64,000 bases of DNA from a virus, in IMG/VR virus record IMGVR_UViG_3300017917_001008, positions 1 through 64,000 of that record; one strand, 5' to 3'. The notes below the pieces were generated by a model, which was not told where the DNA came from, did not search any database, and worked only from the letters and a program-made list of their open reading frames with translations. Positions 39,501-47,758 of the stretch are shown here, piece after piece. Position numbers and translations under genes: made by a program. Position 1 is the stretch's first letter, and each line of letters starts with the position of its first letter.

Positions 39501-40175
39501 AGTAATAAGAACCAGGTGTTGAATCAGTATTACACCCAGTTTAAGAAAAAGTGGGATAATGAAAACTCAAGCTCTCGTTTGAAGTTCCGTAACTATCTCA
39601 CTACGTTTGATATCAAGGGAACCAAGTCTGTTTCTCTGAATAATCCTTCAGAGATTATAGACGGAGCTGAGCTGAATAAAAATGCCCAGGGTCTATATGT
39701 CTATCCAAAAATAGCTGGGTCTGCCAGTGCAAAAAATATTGTTAAGAATCATAATAACATTATATTTGCCTACCCCAATATAAGTGATAGTAAGGCTATT
39801 AAGACCACGTTTGATGCTGCTAGTAATTCGGTGAGTTTCCCAATCACTACAGACGGTAAGACTCCACTTTCAGACGAGAACTTTGAAGAGAATGTTAGAT
39901 TGATAGATGATGCCATCACTTCTATAGAAACACAGTTTGAGCTTGGTAACGAGGTGGCTTTCCCTGAAGAAGGTTTCAACATGCTAGATGGGAAAGATCT
40001 ATTGCTTAATGCTCCCCGCACTAAGAGTTACATGGCCCAGGAGCTGTACAAACGCCTTGCTTACATCATGCCAGGTATGCACAATGAGAAAGCTATACGC
40101 TCTCAGGTTCAGGCAAACCAGGAAATTACAGATGAGATGGTAGAGGAGTTCATGAAAAAATGCTTTGGAAACTAA
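30594..40175 (+). CDS. virion-packaged DNA-dependent RNA polymerase (crAss/phi14:2 gp66-like) with zincin domain
   Basis: Catalytic GSDFDIDKL (37062-37076) preceded by RIPVQGLNSM; DAQGW and KFSLVPL segments; HEGWH...EEFMAEDF zincin motif at about 32658. Confidence 0.9.
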   Translation: MACRLTEDQISALFGAIHGEVIASKNRDDKFNAAQAIRALYQRLLDAGAEQVNAMDYVQHIPSMLQLSYAMFADSKAHMRASGVNLSELDQLDADFTADIKNVAKFLGVDQGTADVVQEIIEESNPSTGVIPTDNYTQIEEGDIAKKKPYFDSEISFVAAPETALAVFNQEAQDYNGVQAKQNIQDPDPVKKVYYTVVRKLNDLMTGSNRQTADKVKLGDVEGVFLRLVPASMIAMEDLQEADRLYYSTDDDPRIPFSKTSKTKMELREKGDDVYLVYTDKDGNILYFNEEGTPVGKENGGMVAYGKLRRPYTPKTTNEAKGQVAGRKMVGRVQTPQDLVRKGLGTLEEVTKERDEEIEILEKSREFVSKNRDEVVLFSVTPGRNGYVTEDFSKPNPISSIDLTDGFKPYLNSQETGVLIKGGVYFNVPGYEFPLLIRRPKFGNVPNLSGNLADIVFDSDLSNKEKIDVLRQFTYSGDTKIFQGNDGKLYVKQMDQTMEVTADNKQAFIDNLNGQTVNINKDLMHRTFNMPVNLDGKVTLQQERYNNFLANNFYTFLAKNDQNKIVSLNAYNVIFPTEAAQDKIFGKAKAASNEQTSSLEQATPTDVTKDEFKELLDRTDFSLKKSTLLSSKATDEQIAAAEKWYNSSPLSKVVPFQVMFNIVNSNALAEFTTAGITLWSGSNFTDLYHEGWHAFTQMFLTKDQKKELYNEARKLTGTFTTVSGAKVKFSAATDMQLEEFMAEDFRKYVLSDRKNIINGRPVRNTIFRKIFNFLKVVFSSYSLKDIAADRTAVANIQSLYDQLFIGEIHDYKPSLRNVQFGILNKGVEALDVKSKDTLTYQDSMTLVETIDSLIASTMVGYGRSVAGIFTNPELLGPLYKRVNTKLAELRETLVADPEKANSVKLIDFALTNWGDFSKVAKGEESTGVLAFHKKRSAYFTFDDKMAEMDAYDQSVNEDAEEVKDADNNLAKSEQQLREEFGSNPFERKGNEHSVRELASNEVVYLIKSLPQVDKNGKVVTNALGVPKLVDFNRTWGIVINTVAGSNTTSQMYAKLLDAATRFPELRALVERLGNPLDHTETKDWPFMKMWISFFRDFSVYRIPIKEGRLVDGPGGFKFEFTEVDPQFKQVHRAFQAQFESLGSSPYITKTPTGNKLNIEKILKDFPYSSIFAKDKVIIDEDKAMEFLKAIGFYLTDNREIRKAIRDNYEAVAYIHGLPYMKNPGGLLRLADKKVDVFNPIDALWKIGSENTNVQKILTIEAKHSGKFSNNAVTNVNGDIVYDLSLNNTITRLLNDLNDPSKDYTMTQEQHLQHLNFQRNPFAKYSIWMKSMFSIPTGKLVDLSNENKRISQDVKFGGGFVSMNLVNLDGVKSVLARDNAGQLVQSGIKTTSLDPASKFIFDLHTMLLTGTMELPRHASKSSAYGVSVSKVDTSYNENAKHLYISPGHFGKNGKGTEYSVELLLPKIAAEMERIAMVNQGLVPSIPGFNERGKDFTMFDDILSDTTKEELKRLADTEDSLSVIQDPAIKQKITADVRNYLNQLFKENMELYKSLDFMSDDLLLNSRSGKTDIKALIAKDTLEVVGEDRTDYLKEVAVKAFTVNSLIHNMEAISVLYGDLAMYNHLKEEYHKRNASIGSTGRIFASDGATNKFIENLGRGYARSIGARDKGFDGTLDTAIFKDNEVPSVYYDEYLEALTKKYGADKAKKILKPYKKMNEGDAQGWITFDSYRILSILEGAWSEKQNELYNKIIRNEQVDPAEITEFFPTKKFQYAGPLKTEKLHIQAFHKFSLVPLIPSLVKGTNMQTLHDNLVKQGKDYALFESGSKLATITANGKPDSLYENDDYNTRVVKPWNEGDPAYTSNVVFIQYLKDQVDIQSTWKNKTVFSTQLRKLIINDVFKQGLGIGEFDGLVKEFEGLLDDLQEYKKKELLQQAGWTENESGELSGSTRELLEFVMREMERLELPEHDVDFVRDSLNDGTFTDLSFSLNAEKIEKMLNNIVVKRLVKQKMNGEQLVQLSGAGFESAGSRFTNATEEEIKKYRGTNNLPTYRPGAGKDGKTTAMKVKIAIKGDYYKLLNLKHNDGKKIGTRERLNEMIKDDKWLDKGDNRKMITMVGVRIPVQGLNSMEFMEIYEFLPEEAGSVIIPPAEIVAKSGSDFDIDKLTIFQPHIGIRINRNTTKSKLKELAKKYPDLDFSLDNVNTILDASENDFSVYMPTEQEMKVYKVLVQEASDELPTYIKGKGMKSTENQIIEKIRTILEHPDNFDALIRPNDTDLVKGVADELAELNIQGYDPFAVKTGNTRTSIKGGKESKVISPTRALEPRYNLYKHESNNIGKKTLGIGAVDNAYSSIFKRVGARLEKNYTHYKKEDGRFVYDKSGNIVKQIRPINIRMKHNTIKENGTEYISLSDIETVTMDKVSDLIGQLMNGWVDIEKDAWIFNINGNSIAGPVLLFLLETGVDFKTAAYFVSQPLVVQYVKEMYMSDSPFYPAVNPGAETEKGLKRHKIRQKFFEDLKIAPLKPTKFFGPVLSNDILYKAINDYNANKEYTVESLREVIKNKDVKSKDAIAGLLHFMELEDLGKQLTNIKLTVNVDTAPSKSLFAANQRIDKIEDLEYVDSVPKSVINKILYDSPIRSFLVQKFQLGILKPLMKLRGDSQINNFLLDVMKGANYPSAFNTPEKFVAAFHNDLPLYLLQNHLKGLDINSLTEYKGMAVKEAMPVKNVQLRQGAFVKDGVMYIDRDQIAEDFNTKAFAGEGYEKQGLAKLDPQTFNMGDNSQNLQEYVHFVLEREYLRSVIPVGDVTREVYERKIATRALERTFNFFHMLKAPGESIADKFLEIKTKYPKLSEDFLIMTELGYNNDAAKTDDDGNVKEVKNKKMRTLKLKSQRLDTDFANVLHENLLRLADPMTIKVEDPNANREISQFFTRMIVAEYLRAGITRSGENLAKILPVNTLRQLMAEPLQEFSKKSNKNQVLNQYYTQFKKKWDNENSSSRLKFRNYLTTFDIKGTKSVSLNNPSEIIDGAELNKNAQGLYVYPKIAGSASAKNIVKNHNNIIFAYPNISDSKAIKTTFDAASNSVSFPITTDGKTPLSDENFEENVRLIDDAITSIETQFELGNEVAFPEEGFNMLDGKDLLLNAPRTKSYMAQELYKRLAYIMPGMHNEKAIRSQVQANQEITDEMVEEFMKKCFGN

Positions 40176-40190
40176 TTATAATCATACCCT

Positions 40191-43100
40191 ATGTTAGCGT
40201 GCCCTAATAAAAACACTAAAGATTGGCAAGACCTTGTTGACCAGTTAGGAGAGAAGGAAGCTTTCAGAGCCTACCTCACTATTGGTGACGGAACTATTCC
40301 TACAGCCCAGCAATACGTACAGTATAGCAGGCAGGCTAGTGAGGAAAAAGGAGAGATTGGTGTTAACAAGCAACAGCTGTTGATGCTTCTTGGCCCCACC
40401 ATGTATAACAAGCCGCTTGCACAGGTGGCTGTAAAAGAGTTGTTACAGAATTCATTTGATGCTATTAAAGCCATGCACAACATGCGTGGTAAAACTGTAA
40501 CTACTACACCTGCTGTAGACAAGTCTGCTCTGATCCGTGAGTTTAACCAGGTGCAGAGTCAGATTAAAGCTGAATCAGCTAAGGTTACTTTTGACAGTGA
40601 AGGAGATGTGCTTACAGGTGATCCTTTTGTAGTGAGCAAGCTGGTAGACAGACGTGCTGCTTTACAGGAGCAGATTGCCAACTTTGATCAGAACCAGAAA
40701 GCTAACGCTACTACTAAGACTGGTTACGAAGGGCCGCTGGGTAATATTAAGTTTACCATTAACTATGACGACCGTACCATCTCTATACAGGATGATGGTA
40801 TTGGTATGACGCCTGATATTGTCAAGAAGGCGTTTCTCTCTATTGGTGGTACCAATAAAGAAGGACTATCTACAGGTGAGCGTTCCGGTGGATTTGGTCT
40901 GGCCAAAGTGCAGTTCTTATTGGGTAGTGAGTACGTAGAAGTGTCTACAGTGAGAGATGGTACAAGAACCTCTATTAAGGCTACCAACCTAGAGCTTTAT
41001 AATGATGACTTTACTATCCGTACAGAGCCTACCAACGAACCTAACGGTACGTTTGTAAAGGTGAAGATACCAGAAACCTACACTACACCAGAAGGAACTG
41101 TTCGTACCATTGACTTCCCTGGATCTTGGTCATCTGATCCAATAGAGCGTTTTGATATTTTAAACCAGCCCCTGATTGGTAATCTAAATGTCTCTGCAGA
41201 TGTAGTGAAGAACGGTAGGACAACTAATAAGGTGTTGCCAATAGGTAAGAACATCTCTAAGGAATTATTACCTCCATTACTTTCTAATGTAAAGTTTGCC
41301 TGGGGTGAAGCTGAAGTGTACGTAGGAGAGAACAAAACAGAGTCTCCTAGACATAGAATACTTTCATCTGGATTATACCAGTTTAGTAAACGTATAGAGA
41401 TTGCAAACTGGGAACCCATTCCTTATGATATTGTAATCAATATTAAACCGTCTGTAAGTTCTACAGCGGAGCAGTATCCATTTAACAACCAGCGTGAGGA
41501 TTTCAAGAATACGGTTTCTAAAGATGTAGATAGCCTATACGCCTATTTAAGAAAGTACGCCAGGGGAGAAGCTGAGAAAGATTTAGTGGATGTATTCCAG
41601 AATATCAAGTCTTTACCTAAAACTGACCCTAACAAGATACTCACTCCTGAAGAGAGAGCTAAACTCTATGAAGAAGTAGAAAACACCATAGCTGAATCTA
41701 AACGCTTACGTGAGCAGTATGGCAGTCAGCTTAACCAGCCACGTCAGACTACAAGACTGGTGATCAGCCAGGGATCTGTAACGGATGAAGAGACTGGTGC
41801 ACAAGTGGAAGTGGAGAAAGAGAAAAGCTATGAGTCTACATTTAAGGCTGATAAAGAGATTGAGTTAGGTAAGTCTGTAGACACATCTGCATTTAAAGAG
41901 AACGAACCCCAGTTTCATAATAACACTAACGTAGACTATTTGTCTATGCCCGGAGCTATAGAGTTCTTTAGTGACTTTGGTACTGTAGTGTATGAGATGG
42001 TAAGGTTTGCCGGTAGGGAGTTAGGCCACCGTTACAGCAAGCTTACAGGACAAGAAGGTAAGTTTTTTGCAGGTGTATCCATTGATAAAACCTACGGTGG
42101 CGTGCATGTCCGTAAAGTGATAGATGCCATCTTCATTAACCCGCTTTCTTTTGACATCTCCAGTGTAGAAGAAGCTGCAGGTTTGATGACCCACATCATT
42201 ATACATGAGATTAACCACACTACAGAGTCAGGTGAAGGAGCCAACTTTACCACTGCTCTGGCTAAGCTATATGGTAAGATATATGAGACCGGTAAGTATG
42301 GCTACTTTGAGGGGTTGGTTAGATCTGTATATCGTAAACATTTTGATACCTTTGTAAAACTAAAATCAGAATATGACAAGTCCACTACAAGAAATCTTGC
42401 AGCTTCGTTTGAAGGAAACGAACTCAATAGAGGCAGTGAAGGGAACCTTCAAGGGAATGCTTCAGCTGTACGAGCAGGAGAACAGACCTCTGGCAGAGAT
42501 CAACGAGATCAGGAAGATCTTAGCGGATCTAGACAAGAAGACCGCACAGGAGACGTTATAATCAGTCAGCTTAACAATCCACAGACAAGTGTACCTACAC
42601 TTCCTCCTGTGGAAGCCCAAAGAGCTGAGATAGGTCAAAACATAGTGCGTGCCATTGCAGACACGCTTGCTGCTAACTTAGGTGTTTCCTACACCTTAGT
42701 CACTCCTGAAGAAGCAGCTCAGCTAACAGCTAATTCCCGTAATCCATGGAAAGGTGAGAAAGCTTTCTTCTACAATGGCCAGGTGTATTTCCTGGACGGA
42801 GGCTTTACAACAGACTCTGTACTACACGAGTTTTCACATCCACTGGTAGCAGCTATTGCTGTACAGAATCCTACGTTATTTAAGAATCTTTATGAGCAGC
42901 TGGAATCCACACCAGAAGGTAAGGCTGTAATAGCTGAAGTGGAAGCTTTGTATCCGGAGTTTAAACCTACAGATACCAAGTTCCGTGAAGAGGCTTTAGT
43001 AAGAGCTATGACCGCTAAAGCTATCAACCAGATCAAGGGACAGAAACCTTCTACAGGGTTTAATGATGTGATCAACAAGATGTTGTTTGCCATTAAGCAA

Positions 43101-46100
43101 ATGTTCCGTAAGCTGTTTGGTTCTTCTATAAAGATTGAAAAACTTTCTGAGAATACTTCTTTAGAGCAGCTTGCTGAGATGCTCCGTGGTGAGAAGTTTG
43201 ATATTTCTACAGAGGTGGTTACCCAGGAAGACTACGCCCAGTATGTTCGTGACATTTCTAACTTTATGTCTGAGCTGGATGCTGTAGAATATTCTGGTAT
43301 TTCTACATCTGTAAAGCGTTTTTATGATGTAGTGACCAACCACATCAGACGTATTAAAGATAACAAGAACTACAGTGAGGCCCGTAAGTTCCTAGTAGAT
43401 GAGACCGGTCGTGGTCAGTTACAGGAACTGAAGTCAACCCTTTCTAACTCTGAGATAGACGAGAAGCTTAGTGAGATCTTTGACGAGGTGACCCTGCAGG
43501 CTAAAACCATGCAGAGTTTTGTACACTCAACGCTCCGTTTACAGAAACTGAGTGATAGCATTTTAAAGCATGTACGTGAGCTGGCTAAGCAGGGAGACTC
43601 TAAAGAGGTGATCGGTAACATCTTCTACTATGACCTTCTTGTACGTAACTGGAATAAGTATATTAACGAAACCATTGATCGTCTCTCAGATGCCGGCCTA
43701 AGTCCAAACACAGAGTTTGGCAGAGTGATTGCCGGTATACAGAATACAGTGGCTCAGACTGAAAGGATGATAGATAAGATCTATGCAGACAAGGTGGATG
43801 ACGTCATCTTTGATACACTGCAACCTCTTGCAGAAAGCATTGATAACTACTTTGGTGACTGGATAGCTGGTCTTGAAAAGAAGAACGCTTCTGCACAGAA
43901 GATAGCTGATGTTCAGAAGAAGTGGGATGAAATGAAACTTACTAAGCAGAAGATCAAAGATCTGATCAGTGGTAAGCTGGGTGATACAAATATGTACTCT
44001 GCCTTCCTGGAAGCATACACCAACTCTCCAGATCCTGTAGTGGGTGGTTTTGCCATGTTCTTGAAGAACGCCTACAATGATGTAGACGCCCAGGCTCAGC
44101 GTAACATGAATGATTTTGTACGTGACCTGGAGCCATTGTTAATAGCTGCCGGTTACAGCCGTATGGATTATGCCGGATTAATGGAAAAGCTTGTCACTGT
44201 AGAGAAAGTTCCATTTATAGATGAGAAAGGAAACTTTGCCACTAAAGAGGTGTTTTCTTTTAAGGACAAGTTTAATGATTATAATACAGAGGCTTCCCAG
44301 TTAAGGTTTGAATATGACCAGGCTGTATCTGAAGGAGACCAGGCCCTGGCAGACCAGAAGCTCCGTGACCTGCGTAAACTACGTAGGGATTATTTCCACC
44401 AGGAATATGTACCTGAATACTACGAGCGTGAGAAGATCTATGATTCAGAAATGGGTCGTGAAGCTTACAGACGTAAGCAGATGCTTCTTAATGAGATTAA
44501 AGAACTTGACGCCCAGAGTTATGATGATGACGCCCTGGATTACATTGCTGATCAGAAGAAGATCCTGTGGAGAGAATACTCTCAGCTGGCTTCTTTAACA
44601 GATCTGAATGGTGATCCTAAGACAGGTCGTGAACTGGAACTGGCTAAGATTGAAAAGGAATACCGCAAGGCTTCCCGTGAGTTCTTTGAATGGGTTCCTA
44701 TACAGGGTTTATTTGAGTCTAACTTAAGACGTTTTGAACAGAGTCTGGTGGATGAGGGTATTGATATCACCTCAGATGAGTTTAAAGAAAAACGTAATAA
44801 GTGGATTAAGAACAATACCGTTATTGCTTACACCCCAGAATTCTACGAGGAGCGTAACCAGGTGCTGGAAGATCTTAGAGATCTGATGAGCGGCCTGAGT
44901 GAAGACGTACGTAAATCTATTGACTCTACAGAGGAAATGGAAGCTATGCTTGATATAGCCACCGGCTTCCGTGACCAGGATGGTCAGGTGATCGGTACAG
45001 ATATTTCCGAGAAGAGTAAGAACAAGGTGAGAGAATACCAGAAAGCCATACTTGCCAAGCGTGATTCTATGGCTGGCTTTAGTGGTCTTACCAGGGATGA
45101 AATGGATGAGCTCACTGAGATCTTCCAGAAGATGACGGCTAAGATAAAGATCACACAGGCAGAGCGTGACCGTGTAGACGAACTGATGGAGAAGAAAAAC
45201 TCCATGGGTGTAGATAAGTTTACCAAGGCCGAGATGCAATCTCTATATGCTCAGCTGGCAGAACTTCAGAGTAAGGAAGCCACTGATTACTATGTAGACA
45301 TTGTAAATAACTATCTGTCTAAGATAGGTGAGCCGTTGATTGATAACGACACAGCTATTAATCTTTTAGATCCTGTAATGTATGTGGAGCTGTTTAAGAA
45401 GTCTCCAGAGTTTGAGAAATGGTTTAAAGAAAACCATATACAGAAAGAGGTGTTTGACAGAGCATCCGGGGATACTAAAATAGTTTACGAGCGTCTGTTC
45501 ATCTGGAACCGCACCCGTCCTAACAACCCTGATCACTACGAGAAGATTAAACTCTCTGATGGTGAAGAGATTTTAGGTAAGCCTAATCTGTCTTATTTCT
45601 ACCGTTCTGTAAAGAAAGAGTATCGTACCAAGCGTGAGGTGGGTAAGACCATAGACAACCGTGGTAACTGGTTACCTAAGTCTTTAGAAGACGGAGCTGT
45701 GGATGATAAATACTACAACCAGGATTATGAAAAACTCCGTAGAGAAGACCCTGCAGCGTTTGCTGTACTGGAGAAGATGAAGGAATATCACCTGAAGTTC
45801 CAGGAAGGTTTTGCCCGTGAGAGTAAGTTATACCTGCAGATCCCACGCTACCGTAAACCTTCTTTAGAATCTCTTAAAGATGGTAAGTTCAAGAACAAGT
45901 GGCATGAGTGGACCACTCGTGTAAAACAGTTCTTTGCTAAAGCTCCGGATGATGTACAGGATGGATTAAACTTCAAGCCTGAACAGCTCATCTATACAGA
46001 CATGTTTGACGAGGAGATCAATAAGGTTCCTATCACCGGTCTCTATGCATTAGATACCGATCAGGTGAGTATGAACATTGCAGATAACATGTTGCGTTAT

Positions 46101-47756
46101 ATGCATTCAGGTTTAAAACAAAAGAAGCTGATTGAGCTTAACCCTATGGCCCAGGCTCTGAAGAAAGCGGTGGGCAGTCCGGATAGTGCCATCAAGGACA
46201 TGACTAAGATTAACAAGTGGCAGTATGTAAACACCGGTGTTAAATCCTACCTGTCTAAGAAAGGAGAGAACGTACGAGCTAAGGCTATTGCCAATCTATA
46301 CGAGCGGGAGTTTGAAGGAAAGACCCAAGCAGGTTGGTTAGCCAATGCTGCTGGTGTACAGAAATTTGTACATGGATTATTAAAGCTTTCCAGCTTTGGA
46401 TTATTCTCCTTTAACGTACTTCCTTCTGCCATTAAGAACAGGCAGTCAGCTATTATCCAGTTGCAGATTGAAGCCAGTGGTGGTAGATTCCTAAACTGGA
46501 ACAGCTACCTGCGTGGTAAACCACGTGCTGTGTCTATGCTTGGTGCATACTCAGCTCAGCTGTATAAAACTGGTAACCGCTCTTTAGATGTGCAGCTCCT
46601 GCAGATCTTTGATCCTACCCAGGAGATATTAAACACTACGTTTGGAGACGGATCCGCCACCGATATGGGTGGTCAGTTTGGTAGATCTGTAGCCAGTGAT
46701 GCTGCAAGTCTTGGATTCTTTATGGCACCACGTAAGTGGCTGGAAATTGAGTCTGCAATAGAACTCTTTAGTGGTATGATGCACCACGTTAAAGTGGAGC
46801 AGATCATCAATGGAGAGAAGAATGAGATCCCTTATATAAACGCCTTTGAAATAGTTAACGGCCAGATAGAACTTAAAGCCGGTATTGATAAAGAGTGGGC
46901 ACCTGGCGGTAAGAAGTTCAATGAGTTTAAGAACAGGGTACATGAACTGGGTAACCGTCTGAACGGTACCTATGCTAAGATGGACCAGCCTGAGGCTCAG
47001 CGTTATTTTGTATTCAGAATAGCTGCATTCTTAAAACGCTTCTTTACATCCATGTTGATGAACCGTGTAGGAGCAACCCGTCCTAGTGCAGCTCTGGGTA
47101 CAGTGAGCACCGGATACTACCGTTCTGTTTTACAGGTGGCCAGGGACTTCCTCAGATATGGTATCAAAAACTACCAGTGGTTAAGTGAAGAACAGAAGAT
47201 CAACCTTCTAAAGTTTGCATCAGATATGGCTCACCAGATGGCGTTGTTATTCATCCTGAACGTAATGTTTGGATATGACGAGTCTGATGAAGACCGTTTT
47301 GAAAAGATGAGAAAACGCAGTGGAGCCTTGGGTGATGATGACTTCAACCTTTCCGGTTGGTTAACAAACCACGGACTGGTAGCTACACTGGGTACACTAA
47401 CCGAGGTGGAAACTTTTGGATCCTGGAGTCCTGTAGTGGTGGGAGCGGATGGTGATCTGGATATGGCAATCCTGGGTCGTAACTGGAAGCAGTTGAAGAA
47501 CACTTCTAAGATGATCATGGATCCTAGAACACTGTACGGAACTACTATAGAGAAGCAACTTAACTTCTTAAACCACTTAAGCCAGTATTTGGATGAGGAT
47601 CCAGCAGGATTTTACAAGAGAGATGTTGGACCGTATTGGTTCCAGAAGGAGGAGTCTCCTAAGTTTATCAATGATGCGGCATCCATCTTAGGCTTTACCG
47701 GATCACAGATAGATCCAGTAAAAGCCTTAAAAGGGATGGAGTTTGGTCGTAAGTAA
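40191..47756 (+). CDS. giant ejection protein C (2521 aa) with GHKL ATPase and two HExxH motifs
   Basis: VKELLQNSFDA (N box), IQDDGIGM (G1), GGFGLAK (G2), NGT (G3); HEINH at 42204; HEFSH...EEALV at 42825; long helical remainder. Confidence 0.8.
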   Translation: MLACPNKNTKDWQDLVDQLGEKEAFRAYLTIGDGTIPTAQQYVQYSRQASEEKGEIGVNKQQLLMLLGPTMYNKPLAQVAVKELLQNSFDAIKAMHNMRGKTVTTTPAVDKSALIREFNQVQSQIKAESAKVTFDSEGDVLTGDPFVVSKLVDRRAALQEQIANFDQNQKANATTKTGYEGPLGNIKFTINYDDRTISIQDDGIGMTPDIVKKAFLSIGGTNKEGLSTGERSGGFGLAKVQFLLGSEYVEVSTVRDGTRTSIKATNLELYNDDFTIRTEPTNEPNGTFVKVKIPETYTTPEGTVRTIDFPGSWSSDPIERFDILNQPLIGNLNVSADVVKNGRTTNKVLPIGKNISKELLPPLLSNVKFAWGEAEVYVGENKTESPRHRILSSGLYQFSKRIEIANWEPIPYDIVINIKPSVSSTAEQYPFNNQREDFKNTVSKDVDSLYAYLRKYARGEAEKDLVDVFQNIKSLPKTDPNKILTPEERAKLYEEVENTIAESKRLREQYGSQLNQPRQTTRLVISQGSVTDEETGAQVEVEKEKSYESTFKADKEIELGKSVDTSAFKENEPQFHNNTNVDYLSMPGAIEFFSDFGTVVYEMVRFAGRELGHRYSKLTGQEGKFFAGVSIDKTYGGVHVRKVIDAIFINPLSFDISSVEEAAGLMTHIIIHEINHTTESGEGANFTTALAKLYGKIYETGKYGYFEGLVRSVYRKHFDTFVKLKSEYDKSTTRNLAASFEGNELNRGSEGNLQGNASAVRAGEQTSGRDQRDQEDLSGSRQEDRTGDVIISQLNNPQTSVPTLPPVEAQRAEIGQNIVRAIADTLAANLGVSYTLVTPEEAAQLTANSRNPWKGEKAFFYNGQVYFLDGGFTTDSVLHEFSHPLVAAIAVQNPTLFKNLYEQLESTPEGKAVIAEVEALYPEFKPTDTKFREEALVRAMTAKAINQIKGQKPSTGFNDVINKMLFAIKQMFRKLFGSSIKIEKLSENTSLEQLAEMLRGEKFDISTEVVTQEDYAQYVRDISNFMSELDAVEYSGISTSVKRFYDVVTNHIRRIKDNKNYSEARKFLVDETGRGQLQELKSTLSNSEIDEKLSEIFDEVTLQAKTMQSFVHSTLRLQKLSDSILKHVRELAKQGDSKEVIGNIFYYDLLVRNWNKYINETIDRLSDAGLSPNTEFGRVIAGIQNTVAQTERMIDKIYADKVDDVIFDTLQPLAESIDNYFGDWIAGLEKKNASAQKIADVQKKWDEMKLTKQKIKDLISGKLGDTNMYSAFLEAYTNSPDPVVGGFAMFLKNAYNDVDAQAQRNMNDFVRDLEPLLIAAGYSRMDYAGLMEKLVTVEKVPFIDEKGNFATKEVFSFKDKFNDYNTEASQLRFEYDQAVSEGDQALADQKLRDLRKLRRDYFHQEYVPEYYEREKIYDSEMGREAYRRKQMLLNEIKELDAQSYDDDALDYIADQKKILWREYSQLASLTDLNGDPKTGRELELAKIEKEYRKASREFFEWVPIQGLFESNLRRFEQSLVDEGIDITSDEFKEKRNKWIKNNTVIAYTPEFYEERNQVLEDLRDLMSGLSEDVRKSIDSTEEMEAMLDIATGFRDQDGQVIGTDISEKSKNKVREYQKAILAKRDSMAGFSGLTRDEMDELTEIFQKMTAKIKITQAERDRVDELMEKKNSMGVDKFTKAEMQSLYAQLAELQSKEATDYYVDIVNNYLSKIGEPLIDNDTAINLLDPVMYVELFKKSPEFEKWFKENHIQKEVFDRASGDTKIVYERLFIWNRTRPNNPDHYEKIKLSDGEEILGKPNLSYFYRSVKKEYRTKREVGKTIDNRGNWLPKSLEDGAVDDKYYNQDYEKLRREDPAAFAVLEKMKEYHLKFQEGFARESKLYLQIPRYRKPSLESLKDGKFKNKWHEWTTRVKQFFAKAPDDVQDGLNFKPEQLIYTDMFDEEINKVPITGLYALDTDQVSMNIADNMLRYMHSGLKQKKLIELNPMAQALKKAVGSPDSAIKDMTKINKWQYVNTGVKSYLSKKGENVRAKAIANLYEREFEGKTQAGWLANAAGVQKFVHGLLKLSSFGLFSFNVLPSAIKNRQSAIIQLQIEASGGRFLNWNSYLRGKPRAVSMLGAYSAQLYKTGNRSLDVQLLQIFDPTQEILNTTFGDGSATDMGGQFGRSVASDAASLGFFMAPRKWLEIESAIELFSGMMHHVKVEQIINGEKNEIPYINAFEIVNGQIELKAGIDKEWAPGGKKFNEFKNRVHELGNRLNGTYAKMDQPEAQRYFVFRIAAFLKRFFTSMLMNRVGATRPSAALGTVSTGYYRSVLQVARDFLRYGIKNYQWLSEEQKINLLKFASDMAHQMALLFILNVMFGYDESDEDRFEKMRKRSGALGDDDFNLSGWLTNHGLVATLGTLTEVETFGSWSPVVVGADGDLDMAILGRNWKQLKNTSKMIMDPRTLYGTTIEKQLNFLNHLSQYLDEDPAGFYKRDVGPYWFQKEESPKFINDAASILGFTGSQIDPVKALKGMEFGRK

Positions 47757-47758
47757 TA

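Noticed and set aside
499-47518. Numerous 60-180 aa antisense or alternative-frame ORFs within long genes
   Set aside because: They are shadows of the real coding strand, have no motifs, and conflict with a fully packed gene layout.
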